DNA of 64,000 nucleotides from Eledone cirrhosa (Eukaryota): NCBI GenBank assembly GCA_964016885.1, contig OZ024740.1, positions 247,504,001 to 247,568,000 of the forward strand, read 5' to 3'. Shown piece by piece: positions 40,540 to 53,979 of this stretch (position 1 is its first letter; each line of letters starts with the position of its first letter). The notes under the pieces were generated by a model. It saw only the letters and a program-made list of their open reading frames with translations, ran no database searches and was not told where the DNA came from. The position numbers and the translations under genes were made by a program.

Positions 40540-42120
40540 TCTTCATCTTACAGACCCACACTCCCCCCGGCCTGAACTCCCCACCCTTATTCCTTTAGCC
40601 TTCGACCGCCCCCTCCCCCCACACTTATCCCCCACTAACACCACTAACACACCCCTCCTTTTCACCGCCCACCCCACAACTAACAGTACTAACACCTCCA
40701 CTCCACCCCTCATCTGACCACCCTTCCCCAACTAACATACTAACATCCGTCCCTTCTTCTCCTCCTCCCCCCTCCTTATCAAACGCACACACCCACCGGC
40801 ACATATATACACGCGCTCACACTAAACACACACCCTACTACCACCACTAACCCTCACCCCCACACCTCTCACCCTCACACCTCCATCCCACCACCCCGCA
40901 ACTAACATCACTAACACCCCCTAACCCCAAGCACACGAACACACGCACCCTCGTACACCACCAAATCTACACACCCTACCACCACTAACCCCCACTCACA
41001 CCTGCATTCAACCCCTCCCCACCTCCCGTATACTAACACCCACTAACACCTCTTCATCAAACTACACACACCAGTACACCACACTCCCTCCATAGAACCA
41101 CACACACCATTCTCTCCCCGCTCCACCCACACCCTCGCTCCACACTCACTCATCCCACTAACACCTCTACTAATACACACACACACACCCTCCTCACTCC
41201 AACTTTCACACCTACCCATCCTCGCCCCTTTACCATTCCACCGACTGCTGCTATGCCCTCTGACCACCTCCCAGCACAAACAGACACACAGCACTACCAC
41301 TGCTTGACCACTTCCTGTTGCGCGCGCACCCCACATCTCTCCTCTTCCGACCATCGCTTCATGGAATACCCACACGCCGAAATTGACCAACACAGAATTC
41401 ACTAAACATCTTTGGAATTTACCTACTTTTCAACCATCCTCTTACGTAATCACTTATATAACTCACCCACACACACACCCAAACAATTTTTTTTTCTCCA
41501 CCCGCCACCTACACACACGTGCTTTCTACCACATATTTACACCCTCAGCCTCCTGATTCCTCTCCCCCCCACCCCTCTATTCCCACACGCACAGACACTC
41601 CCCCCCCCACACACACACCTCTTCCTGAACATGCAACCCCGTTCTTCCCCCAACCCTTACTTTCACATACACACACACACACACACACGCACACCTACAC
41701 ACTCACACCACCTTCAGCCCTCCCCGCTCGGACACCCCGTCTCCCTCTCCCCACTCCACCCCCACCACCCCTACACACCCCACACCCTTCCACCACCTGT
41801 TTTACCCCCCTTTTAATTTCAGTTTATTTTGATCATGCTTTTATATTTAAATTTATTTCATTCCTTGTATTTTGATCATGCTTTATTTTTATTTTTATCT
41901 TTATTTTTTATTTTTTCATTCGCACCGTTTCCTTTCGCTATATGTCTCTCCACCACTCCCCTACACACCCTTTGAACTCTGTTCCCACACACTTCTCACC
42001 TGAGGAAGGGCTTATTCCCGAAACGTCGTCCCCCACCAACACCCCACTCTCCAGAGCGTGAAATTAATAAACATTCGTTGTACTGCCTCTCTGTTTTGTC
42101 CCTGTTCAAAATGTTTCCAT
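40540..42120 (+). mobile_element. C/A-rich low-complexity region, probably a decayed PLE 3' end
   Basis: Strong C/A strand skew; NTEFTKHLWNL remnant near 41390; hammerhead-like core CTGAGGA-aggg..ccc-GAAACGTC at 42000; AATAAA and then (TA)n. Confidence 0.45.
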
Positions 42121-42139
42121 TATATATATATATATATAT

Positions 42140-43775
42140 AAAGAATGAATAATAACAGGTAGACATCATAAAAAGGTAATTTATTCCGTGTGCTTACAAA
42201 TGTTTCCACGGTGGTACTACAGCCTAGTTATGCTATGTGCAAACTTACAAGTATTTGCAGAACTCAAATATCCAATGCTGTGACCACTGTATCCTCAGGG
42301 CAGAATGGTAAAATATACAATGTAAATACCCTTAAGTGGGGTTGTTGGGGAAGATAGAGTAGAAAAGGAAGAGAGAAAAGTAGGGGAGAGGGAGAGAGAG
42401 AGAAAGATATGCAGGGGTTTGAGAAGTAGGAGAGAGTGGTTTGTAGATATCTTAATCAAAATGTTATGGTAGGGGTTTTATTATACTGGTTACTTTTGGA
42501 GAGATGCGTTGATAGTTAAGGTCGGAATTATTTATTGCCCCAGAGGGCAGGTTCATAGATGTGGAGAGGGAGGTAGGCCAAAGGCGAGAGAGAGAGTGTA
42601 ATGGATGTAGAGAGAGAGGTAGAGAGGGGACAGACGAAGTTTATGTGGTGAGTGAACTTTGGGTTTGTAGTAGTAATCTGTGAATTGCACTGAGTTACCA
42701 TTTATAGTGATAAGCAGTGTATTGTCGTGTAGTGTGGGGGAAGAGAAGGTGGTTAGCTAGAAAGCGATGTTATAGTTACGGGTTCGAATGTTAAGTTATT
42801 TTATAGTGAGAGAATTTAGCTTTTAGTTTGTGGTTGCAGTATAATGATCGTTCAATTCTATCGTTCAGTAGTTTGTTTTTGAATTTTAATATGTAAAAGA
42901 GTTCAAGGTTACATAACCTGCAGTACTTCAATCCACTCCGATATGCACTTGCGCTGGAAAGTATATCCCATTTTAAGGTGAACTGTTGGTTGCGTTCACG
43001 GAGTTGCCAGGTTTTGTTGGTGAGAGTGGTCACAAAACGGTGATTAGGATGTTTGATTGAGAATCGATGACGGTACCAGCGAGATTTAAACGAGGTGGTG
43101 GTAGATCCGATATAATACCATTTCTGGTCGTTCGATTCAACCGTGCATTGGTAAACAATGTTGGACTTTAGGCATTCATTCTTCAATGGACATCTTTCAG
43201 GTAGATGGCAGTGACATTCTTTGTTGTGGGTAGCGGGTATACCATGGATAGGTTGTGATAGCGGTACAGGTGGATTGTGTAATACCCGTCTCCCATTTAG
43301 TGGTTGGGAGGCAGATATTACGTTCTGCCCATCTGTTACTAAAATGTTTTGTTTTGTAGAGTTGTTTAATTGCCTTAAGTTAAGTTTTTTTATGTATGCT
43401 TCAAGGTTTGGTGCCGTGGAGTATGATAGTCTAATAGTTTTAGAGTTCAGAATTTTGCTGAATTGATGGGAACTAGGGAAATGTTTGTTGATTAACTTAA
43501 AGAATGAAAGAGATAGTTTTGTACTAATCGAGGCATTAAAAATAGGATTGTACCAGTGTGTGCGCTTGTATTTTAGTCCCCCAGTTACGTATTTCTTGAT
43601 TTCGTGTAGAGCTATGTGTGTTATGGAAATTCCTATCAATGTATTCTATTGTATCCCGGTGGTCGGCCTTCCTTAATGCATTATTGTAGTATTCAGCGTG
43701 TTCACTAAAAATATCAGAGTTAGACGATAGGCGAGAGATTCTAAGAGAAATACTCCGGGGAACTGATTTGATCAT
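42140..43775 (-). mobile_element. Penelope-like element 3' half (thumb, GIY-YIG, 3' UTR/pLTR)
   Basis: HWYNPIF, FPSSH, CHC...CPL...CL, IVYQCTV...YYIGST...FKSRW, CRLCNLE. Confidence 0.9.
42191..42302 (-). ncRNA. Type I hammerhead ribozyme with long stem II at the 3' end of the minus-strand PLE
   Basis: tgcc-CTGAGGA-tacagtggt...accaccgtg-GAA-ACA-tt-TGT-A-agca; one stem I mismatch. Confidence 0.68.
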
Positions 43776-43779
43776 GGAG

Positions 43780-43855
<76 letters not shown>

Positions 43856-43856
<1 letters not shown>

Positions 43857-46800
43857 CTTTTCCACTTCGCCTAACCTACTAAATCAGGCTTTATCCTACG
43901 CTTACAAACATACAGATCTAACTACGGATGAAATCGATATCATATTAACTGCTAGAAGAACTCTAATTAATTTCAACAATGAGTATTGGACCCACTCAGA
44001 TAGAAATAGAAACTTCAACATTACCATGGGATCATCGGACTCAGCGCAAGTCACGGATCTTCTGGGGGTTTTCATCTTAAATATGATAAATAGAAAACTG
44101 CCGAAGATTAGCGGTGGTATATATAGGGACGATATTTTATTTACGGTTGTCAAACATAGCAATACAGAACTAAATAGGGTAAAGAAAAATATAATTGAAT
44201 TCTATAAAAATTACGACCTTAAATTAGAGGTAGAAAGTGGTACCAAAATAGTTAATTTCCTTGATGTTACCCTTAACTTAAACTCTGGTTTTTATTACCA
44301 TAAGACCAATGAAAACTTAAATTACGTTATTTATTACTCTAATCAGCCTAAATCTGTGAAAAATGAAATTGTCAATAGTGTACAGAAACGCATAACAAGA
44401 ATATCTGCCAATAAATCAATATTTGATGAAAAAGCAGGATATTACAATGATGCGCTAAGAAAGGCAGGTTATAAAAATAATATAGAATATATATACAATA
44501 ATAATCCGAATCTTAATCCTGATAAAAATAATAATAATAATTTGACTGGCATATATAAACGAAATTCTAAAAATTATAATTCAAACACCTGTACTGTGAA
44601 TAAATCGAGGAAAAGAACCAGAACTAAATCAGTTATATGGTTTGCACCTCCTCCCTGCTTCTGTATCAGTAAGAACACCACTAGCTAATCTATTCTTTAA
44701 GACTTTAGATAATTCCTTCCCTAGTCAACATAAATACCATTCCATATTTAATAAACACACAGCTTTCTTATTCTACAACTATGAATATGGCCCAAAACAT
44801 CGCTAAACTAAATAGTAGAATTCTAAACCAAAATCAGCATAATGGTGTTAATAATAGTGTTAATATAAATAATAATAAATCGAAATGTAATTGTAGAAAT
44901 AAACCAGATTGCCCTCTGCAAAATAATTGTCTGGATAGAAATTTGGTGTATAAATTTACCGTAAAAACAAATAACAACATATACTACTACATAGAGGCAA
45001 CTTCTTCGACATTTAAATCGAGATTTGCGAATCACAAATGCTCGTTTTCGAATTCTAATAGGATGTCTTCGACTTCTTTATCACAACTTATATGGTCATT
45101 AACAGACAAAAATTTTAAATACTCTATTTTTTGGACGAAGCTTTGTAATAGTAAAATCTACTCGAACTCGTCTATAACAACTAACTGCAACCTCTACACA
45201 AAGGAGACCCTATTAATAATTACTAATTATGAAAACTTAATTAACAAAAAAAGTGAATTATTCTCAAACTGCCTTCATAAAGCTTTGTCTACATTCCAAG
45301 CCTCGCAAAAAGTCAGGAAAAAACACTGAACAAACAGGCTTTAATTTTTGACGTCTCTTATCAACTGTTGGACCTAAAACGTTATAACAGTTTATAAAAC
45401 TTTAATAATACTTTATTTTCTAATCATTTATGATAGAATTAATGTTAGAATGAAGGATCCTGTTTAGGTATATAAATATATTATTTGGTAACCTGTTCTC
45501 TTCATAAATATGCACACATTTGGATTATTTTAGATATTTATAATTAAGATTCGGATATTTATTTATTTGTCTCTGTTTTAAATATATAATTTGGATATTT
45601 AACTTTTAAGATTACCGGTTATAATTGAACCGTAGATCATTCATGCATTTATATATTTTACTCATTTCGGGTATGTTTTGGGGACTCAGAAAGTTAGATT
45701 TGCACTTATATATTTGTATATATATCTAGGTATAAATATAACAAACCATACTAGTAGATAAATATTGGTCTCTCTCTCTCTCCACTGAAGTGGAGGTAAA
45801 ACTACAATTATAGCATTACTAATAATGATTATAATTATTTATTTATTAAATGTATATCGTTTCATTAATACCTATAATACTCTCTCTATATAGTTGTACA
45901 AATATGTTTATCTAGTGAAATAACATGTTCGTAGTTACATTTACAAATAATTTAGATACTCAAATGACTCTCTATTGTTATAAGTGTTAGATATTCCCTG
46001 GATGTTCGAAATTATATAATGATTATTACTTAATTTAATATAATTTAATTTATTTAAATTAAATTTAGATTACCTTCGGCTTTTTCAAGTCTTTAGCTCT
46101 TCTTTCTATCACATTCGCTGGACATTTTAGAAGTATCTTTTGTCTACTATATATTAAAACCTTTTTACATTTTAAACTATATTTTTAATATTGGGCATGT
46201 TTATGTTTCGCAAACAATTCATTATTTTTCACTTTTTATTTTTATTTTGTATCTAGCCCTTATCCTTAGGACTCATGTAGTTTTGACTTATATATTTATA
46301 GTATATATCAACTAAATGATCCTTTTACAATAATTGATATAAAACATTAATTTTTAACAATATTTTCAGTAACTTATTTACTATATTGTATTATTGTATT
46401 ATGTTATGTATATTTGAAAGGTATCATCTTTAGACAATATAATCTTTGTATATTTTTTGATTAACACATATATGTAATTTAAAATTCAGACCTCTTTAAG
46501 TTTAATTATAAGGCCTGTTGATCCTTTAGGCACTCAAATTGTTAATCATAAATTATTTAATAATTATAACTGTAATTATTTTATAAATTATATTATATAA
46601 ACTATTGTCAATATTATAAATAATTTGGGTATAGTTTACCTTCGTGAGGTTGTAAAAACATTGTTTTCTTTCTCGTGTTTGTAAATCCTTTAAATTTGAT
46701 TTCATAAAATTTGATTTTAGAAATTAAACTTGATGGTATACTTTAATATTAATACAGATACCTATTAACTTTTAAAACCTAAAATATTATTCATTACTCT

Positions 46801-47425
46801 GAACTAACTTAAACTAAATATTTTGAATATTAACAGTCAACCAAATAAGTTTAGATATATATAGTATATATCAATAATTGTCTAAAAACTTGAACATAAA
46901 TTATTCCCTTTGTCTCTCTCCCTCTGTAATCAACTCTCTTTTGTCTTTCGAGGCACCTACTAACTATATTATCCCATCAGCTGTTTCTTCCTCTACGCTT
47001 TCCTTTCTTTCATCTTTCTTCAGTAATTTAAATTTTTAACAGTTATATTGATGCCATGTATTTTTTAAGCTGTCTCACACGCACCCTCTCTATTGTATGT
47101 ATCATATATTGTTCTCATGTTCTCAATATTAAGGTATATAAATATTGAGTTTTGTCATATATTACTCACTACCATGACTGAATCTTAACCATCTACTATG
47201 TCAGGGTATGTCATGCATCATCTTATTTTATCTGATGAGGACGTGCTGTTGAACGTAACTCAATACCTCTGAAATATGTATTATAAAATATACTTGATCA
47301 CAAGAATATCTATTTTGTTAATATTTTGAATTAATATTAATAACTCTGGAAAACCATTACTGTTGAGTGCTTTCAATCTATTGTAAAACTCATTCTTTGA
47401 TTTATTCATTGAACCTTGTTTAACA
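43856..47425 (+). mobile_element. Penelope-like element (RT, GIY-YIG, ~2-kb AT-rich 3' region ending in a hammerhead)
   Basis: ITMGSSDSAQVTDL, GIYRDD, VNFLDVTLNL, VIWFAPP, CNCRNKPDCPL, LVYKFTV...YYIEAT..FKSRF. Confidence 0.88.
47224..47290 (+). ncRNA. Type I hammerhead ribozyme
   Basis: tattttat-CTGATGA-(32 nt stem II)-GAA-ATA-tg-TAT-T-ataaaata; 8-bp perfect stem I. Confidence 0.75.
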
Positions 47426-47427
47426 TT

Positions 47428-47516
<89 letters not shown>

Positions 47517-47902
47517 ACATATAGAAACACATATATATATATATACATGCACAAACTTATACAAACTACAAACACATATACACACACACACATATATATA
47601 TATACTTTATATATATATATATACACACAAATACATATATATAAATATACATATAAAAATATATGTATATACACACATACACAGTCAAGTTTGCAATTTT
47701 GAACAGTTGAAAATTGAAAACTTGTGTATCACTACTGAAGATGGCGAAAGCATGAAAGTACTTTAACATTTAATATTCTTCCGTACTATTTCATTATAAT
47801 ATCACTATAATTTCAAAGGATTGTAAATAAAACTAATAAATCAGTTGGAATTCCTTTTTATTAATATAATCTTCTATACACAATCATACACACCCGTATA
47901 TA

Positions 47903-48196
<294 letters not shown>

Positions 48197-48857
48197 GATA
48201 CATTGTAGGTCGCTTTAACCCGTCTTTTATTATTCAAAAAACTTCTTGCCAATAAACATTAACCCTGTGTGCGCCATTCATCTAACTGTAGACCAACAAA
48301 TACCAAGTAAACGGAACGTTGGCAAGAACGATGGCGAATGAATCTTCGAGGTATGCAGTTTCCTCCCGAGCTGTTAATTCACGTGGGATTCTCTGCTACA
48401 CCTTTTCGTAATAATACCGAACAACGTACTGCTGGTCACTCCTTCCTCAAAGAGCCGTACAAAGCGTACATGTGCATCGGGTAGATGGATCGGGTGCAAA
48501 TCTACACCAGGCCTACGCGAGAAATTCACAAGGGACTGCACCGACAGGGATAGAGAGAAAGAGTAACTTAGTGAAAAGAGTGCGAATGAACTTTTGAGGT
48601 AAGTAGCCTACGCCTTACTGCTATGACACTGGAACCTTCTGCCAACTTAACCTGTGACTTTCTGTTTCACATTTACTCCAAAAGGCCAAAACAGAAGAGT
48701 ATGAAAAGAAGGGGCTCAACAATATTTCTATGAACAATGCACGTAGACAGCTAAACTGTACTTTCAACTTCTTAATTTTCTCCAAATAAAACAAGTTTCC
48801 TGTCGGTATATTTTCGTGAGTTTTTAACAGGCACTCACAAGTAATGCCAATGTTCAT

Positions 48858-48886
48858 ACCCGTGCAACGCCGGGATACACTGCTAG
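48858..48886 (+). mobile_element. Helitron-type 3' terminus
   Basis: Hairpin cccgtgcaacgccggg followed by CTAG|t; similar to the terminus at 60430. Confidence 0.65.
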
Positions 48887-48910
48887 TATATATATATAAT
48901 TATTTTACAG

Positions 48911-49083
48911 TTGTCTGTTTACTCGTGCTGATCACTGTCTACTGCCAATTCAGTTCCTGTGAAGGTTTGGACGTAAAGAAAACCCTAGAAAAAGTGAAAG
49001 AGGCCTTAGATAAAGGTATTGGAGGTAAAGTTAAAAAGTTCTTCAATGGTGTCTTAAAGTTCTTCAAGGAAAGACGTGGAAAG
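48911..49083 (+). CDS. Exon encoding a signal-peptide segment plus a cationic amphipathic peptide (antimicrobial-peptide-like)
   Basis: ttttacag acceptor and AAG|gtatgt donor; encodes (x)VCLLVLITVYCQFSSCEG-LDVKKTLEKVKEALDKGIGGKVKKFFNGVLKFFKERRGK. Confidence 0.65.
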
Positions 49084-49599
49084 GTATGTAATAAGTGTAG
49101 TTTATTCTCTATAGCTAACAAACCCTAGACATAATGATTTTAAAATATCTAAACCTAAATATTTCAGAGGCTCATTTTCTCGTGTCTCATTCTTTTTTAA
49201 AGTCGTTAATGTTTGATTTGAAGGAGATTGGGATGCAATCTCTAGCAAGTCGAATGACCACTTAAAAACTTCTTCATTGCTATGTTTGTGTAAGTAGGAC
49301 TTGCTGGATATAGCAACCAAATCTCACTCAAATCATATCCTACCCTCTTAAAAAGTTCGTTTGCGATATAAACTGTAATCTTGATTTTAACTCTGGCCCG
49401 ATGTTTAAACCTAACTCTAATGCTAAATCTAATTCAAAGTTTAACATTTCTCTGAAACTGAGTTATATTGTCAATCACTAACCCAGATTACCCAAGCTCT
49501 TCAGGGTGTAATTTTAGGGAAGACGAATTACAACAAACTCGGAGTAACACGAAGAATTACCACCTTAAATCTGCAATATTCAATTTAGCAGCTTCATTA

Positions 49600-49950
49600 A
49601 AAGCATGGAATACTATTCTGTGAAGTTCAAAGCAAAGAAACTCCAGACAGGAACTAAACCGTGAATGGAAGGCAAAACCACTACTTGGTAGATAACCAGA
49701 ACGACTTTCTGACAATGATATCGATCAGCATGGCTAAATATCCTGGGTCTGAAGTGCTGTTTTGAAAGTAAAGACTGGGTCTCTTAGTTGCTGCACAATA
49801 TCAATATGGGTCTAGCCCTCTATGCAGAATATGCTACAAACATGAAGAAACGGTAGATCATGTTATCTCCGGGTTTACAGAGCTGGCGAAACCTGACTAA
49901 ATAGAAAGACACGACATCATTGCTAAATATGTGCACTGGATGCTCTGACG
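49600..49950 (+). mobile_element. R4/Dong-like non-LTR fragment with CCHC zinc knuckle
   Basis: CRICYKHEETVDHVISG...ERHDIIAKYVHW, with stops and frameshifts. Confidence 0.7.
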
Positions 49951-50009
49951 CCTCTCATGATAGGGACATGTGAAAATGTGGCCACTGATCCGGATGGATC
50001 CACAAGCGC

Positions 50010-50605
50010 GACCAGCCAAGCCCCATCTTGCTCGAGGTTTACCTCTGGGTATCTTGTCGGTTGGTTTTGCCAGTAAAATCTGTCCAGCGATTATTTTCTG
50101 AGACATTCTAAGCACATGCGCATAGTATCGGAGCTCTGTTCTCTCAATTCGGAGAAGTAGCGACTCTACCTGGAGTGACTTTCTGATCTCTTCGACTTGC
50201 ACTTAGGTGTGATGCCGAGTGCTGCGTGGCTGGAATCAAAATCAGTGCTGTGGAAACTGAGACACTCGTCCTCTCAAAGAAAGCCTGCGCAGTGCACTCT
50301 GCGTGTGGATAGAGTTCCACTCAAGCAGATGGTGACGATCAAGTATCTCAGAGCCGTGTTCACGAGTCGTGTGAGGCAGGAGGCTGAATTAAGTGCAAGA
50401 ATCGCAGAAGCTGGTGCAGTAATGCGCCAGTTTCAGCATTCTGTAATCAGAAGGGGGGTAGGCGTAAAAGCTAAACTCGCTAACTTCAATTCGGTTTTCG
50501 TGCAAACCCTTACCTATGGTCATGAATCTTTGGTAATGATAGAAAGAACACGATCGCGAATACCAGCGATTGAAATGGGGTCCTCCGAAGAGTCTTTCGA
50601 GTAAC
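50010..50605. mobile_element. RTE LINE 3' fragments in opposite orientations
   Basis: The + strand 50197-50604 is homologous to 30251-30610; the - strand reads EEIRKSLQVESLLLRIERTELRYYAHVLRM...PRGKPRARW. Confidence 0.75.
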
Positions 50606-51189
50606 GAAGTCTGCGATAATGTGAAAGGTGGGGTATGCTTTAAAATAAAAGTAGGTAACAAAACTGCTGTTTTACCTGTTCTTTATTCAAATACGAACTT
50701 AATTTTCATCAGAAATCAAACACCATGGAAAATAGAGAAAATATTTTAGCGTGTATGTGCCACCTTTTCTTTCTGTTTATGCCGTTACTTGTCTGAAGCG
50801 GTAGTAGTCTGAGGCGTGAGAAGTGTTAACATATTTGTGTGTGCATGCGTGTGCATTTTCCCCTTTTTTAAATTTAATATTGTATTTATTAATTTACTTA
50901 TTTTATTTCATATATTTATCTATTTATTATTATTATTATTATTATTATTAATATTATTATAATTATTATTATTATTTCATATATGTGCCTGGAACAAAGG
51001 GTGTGAATACATATACAAATGCAGGTACAATTGTATGATGGGTATTGCGTTGTTATGTAATGGCTATTTTGTGTGTGTGTCCATGTATCTATGCTCTTGC
51101 ATACATACATGTACACACAAACACACCCCTATACGAGTAAAGGAAAGAGGTATGCACACATCTGAACACATGCAGACATACCTGTGTGT

Positions 51190-52310
51190 CATTCACTATT
51201 ACTGGCGTGAGGCAGTGTTGTGCATTCCGATAGGCAAGCAGGTGTCTTGTGCCGGGCTGTGGCTTGCTGTTAGTTCTAACCTGCTGTTGATGTGTGGTGT
51301 GAGTTTGTTAATTATGATCGATTCCTTAATTCTAAGATTTCCTGAGTTGCGATCTCTAGCCTCAATCGTAACTGCTATGTTTTTGTTGTTGTTTCTACAT
51401 TTGTCTATGTGTTTTTTGAAGGATAAAGCATGTGTGTCTAAGTGTTCCTTAATGCGGATATGTAGGGCTACCAATGTAAAGGTCCCTACAACTATCACAT
51501 TGAATGCGGTATACCACGTAAGCCTGTTGGCATATACCTGTGTCACGGATAGGGCAGTTGGCCAGCATGCATTGTCTATTGGGATCTATTTGTTGCCTCT
51601 TGGTTAGTTGTCCGCGTAGTGTATGCCAATTGTATATCAAGCCCTTCCCTGCGGATGGCTCTTGAATCGCGGTGGTTCTACCTTCGCTGAAGTGCGGTAG
51701 CTTCAGGAAGCAGGTGTTCGTGGAGGTCATCTTGTGAGATTTCATGTTCCTAAGATGGTTCAAGGTTGAGGCCGGGTAACTATTGTTTCTCAGCACCTCC
51801 ACGAAGTGTGTGGTGTGAGTCTCTCAGTCCTCTGCTTTGCTGCATTTATTCCAGATGCGGGTGAGCCCGTTCTTTATGTACCTGGTTTTAGCACCTGGGA
51901 AGAAAGCCGACTTATAGTGCACAAATAGGTCCTTGCTGGCGTCTTTCCTGTAAAAGTCATTTTAAGCTGAACTTTGAGCAGGGGTAGGATCCAATGCTAT
52001 CGAGGTGTTCAATGGCAAAACTTGTCCAGAAACATGCTAGAAAATGTGGAGTATATCCTGTTGGTTTCCTCACGGGATGATGTGAGGATGAGTATATCAC
52101 CCACATATCGGCTGAAGAAGGCGCAGGCACGGAGGCAATGAGCGCTCAACATTCTAGTTGGTTCAAGTATGTGATGGCGAGGAGGACCAAGAAGCTGGAT
52201 CCCATTCGTACGCCTGTGTGTACGTTGGTGGAAACTGAAATAGGTATTGTCGCTTGCGACCGTTAGTAGTTGGTGTATATCTACAGGATAGAGGTCAAAG
52301 GCAGTATATG
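51190..52310 (-). mobile_element. Decayed PLE of a second subtype (RT C-terminus plus GIY-YIG)
   Basis: YVGDILI, FYRKDASKDLFVHYKS, LRNNSYP, VVYRIQCDSCRDLYIGS, LRIKESIIINKLTPHIN. Confidence 0.8.
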
Positions 52311-52498
52311 TCCGAATAAATTATGCAGTTGAAATTATCAGATGAAATATTTATGTTTGGGATATAAATTTTGAAATTGATATCTATTAAAAATGAAAGT
52401 GAGGCTGAATTAAAATAACACCTTCGTTATAAGATGTTATTTCAACTCAGCCTCACTTTCATTTTTAATAGATATCAAAACTTATATCCAAAACAACT

Positions 52499-52570
52499 AT
52501 TTCATCTGATGAACGGGCTGCACGTTTCTCTAAGAATTGTCTAGTTTCTTGAAACCTTTGGTAGTGGAAT
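52499..52570 (+). ncRNA. Type I hammerhead ribozyme at the edge of a palindrome (~52335-52512)
   Basis: atttcat-CTGATGA-...-GAA-ACC-ttt-GGT-A-gtggaat; stem II is irregular. Confidence 0.65.
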
Positions 52571-52866
52571 AATTATATTGTGTTGTTTATTATGTAATTA
52601 TATATTTATATATATATTCATGTTGTTTTTGTGTGAATGGAATAGCAACATCACAACTTACAATTAAGGACAAAATGAAAACACACACCCACATAGAACA
52701 AACAACCAACCAGTAACATGTAAATAAACAAATAAATAAACAAATATAAACACACACAGACACCCGGATATAACACATGCGCAAACTCAGCACACTACAC
52801 ACACAAAAAAAAGATGGCGTAGGACAGAACAAAGGAGAGGCACAATAAACAAAGAAAAGAATCCCA

Positions 52867-52909
52867 GTCACTGAAGAGGTCACAGAATGTGTGACGAAAG
52901 AACTTTGAC
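52867..52909 (+). ncRNA. Minimal type I hammerhead ribozyme (intact copy of the 19.9-kb family)
   Basis: gtca-CTGAAGA-g-gtcaca-gaatg-tgtgac-GAA-AGAACT-T-tgac. Confidence 0.75.
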
Positions 52910-53132
52910 AATATATGAACAATCGTCTGGTTGTGGAACCAACCAACCAACCGGAAATTTATAAATTCTTAAATTTATGAATTTAATTTATAATAAATTG
53001 GAGTGAAAGCAGCTGGTGCGTGTGTTTCTTATTGGCACCATGACCCTCCCAAAGCACAACAATATCGGTTTCAACACACGTTTTCAGATAAAGAATCTTG
53101 CTAAAGAATCTTGCTGAACAAATTCAGAAACG

Positions 53133-53208
<76 letters not shown>

Positions 53209-53256
53209 TTATATACATATATATTTTTTTCTTTTCTTGTTTGAAAAATAGGTAAA

Positions 53257-53497
53257 GAATGGCTTCACTTGTAGTTTTAAACAATTTGATTTAATTTTAT
53301 AATATTATGAGTTGGTAGATCTAGTACACATACCTAAATTCATCAAATTGTTGAAGGTATTCTTTAAGAGAGTTGATTCAGCTATAAGAAACAAATTTGA
53401 AAAACATCCAGCCATTATATAAACGAGATCTACCAACTCATAATATTATAATATAAAATTAAATCAAATTGTTTAGAACTACAAGTGAAGTCATTCT
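53257..53497. repeat. Fold-back element with about 70-bp arms
   Basis: gaatggcttcacttgtagtt...gagttggtagatct pairs with agatctaccaactc...aactacaagtgaagtcattc. Confidence 0.85.
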
Positions 53498-53979
53498 TTT
53501 CCTTTTTTCAAATATATATTTATATATATATGTATATATTTATATATAATGTAAGATTGTAATAGGAACATAAACAAGAGGAGAAACGTAGCCCTTCATC
53601 AGCTTTTTACTGCGGATCATAATGTTTCGGCACTTAAAAACAGGACATCCATCGGCAGCGCGCCCTGGGCCTTTTCTCCATCATGGTCTTTGGTGGATAA
53701 AAGGCTAGGGCGCGCTGCCGATCGATGTCCTCATCTATGATCCGCAATAAACAGCTGACCAAGGGCTAATTTCCTCCTCTTGTTTACGTCCCTATTACTA
53801 CCTTTGTTTACAGTAACCACACAGCCTGCCTCTTCACTTATATATATATATAGTGAAATAATATAACAAGGACGATTGGTTACTCTTTCATTACGTTTAT
53901 TGGTTAGTGACGCACGTTTCGCCACTAATCAGCTCAATGCTCGATCTGTATCGATTTTAACCGACCCTGTAATCCTCGG

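Noticed and set aside
47730-47770. Hammerhead copy of the 4716 family
   Set aside because: The core is present, but stem I is lost and stem II is disrupted, so it is not counted as functional.
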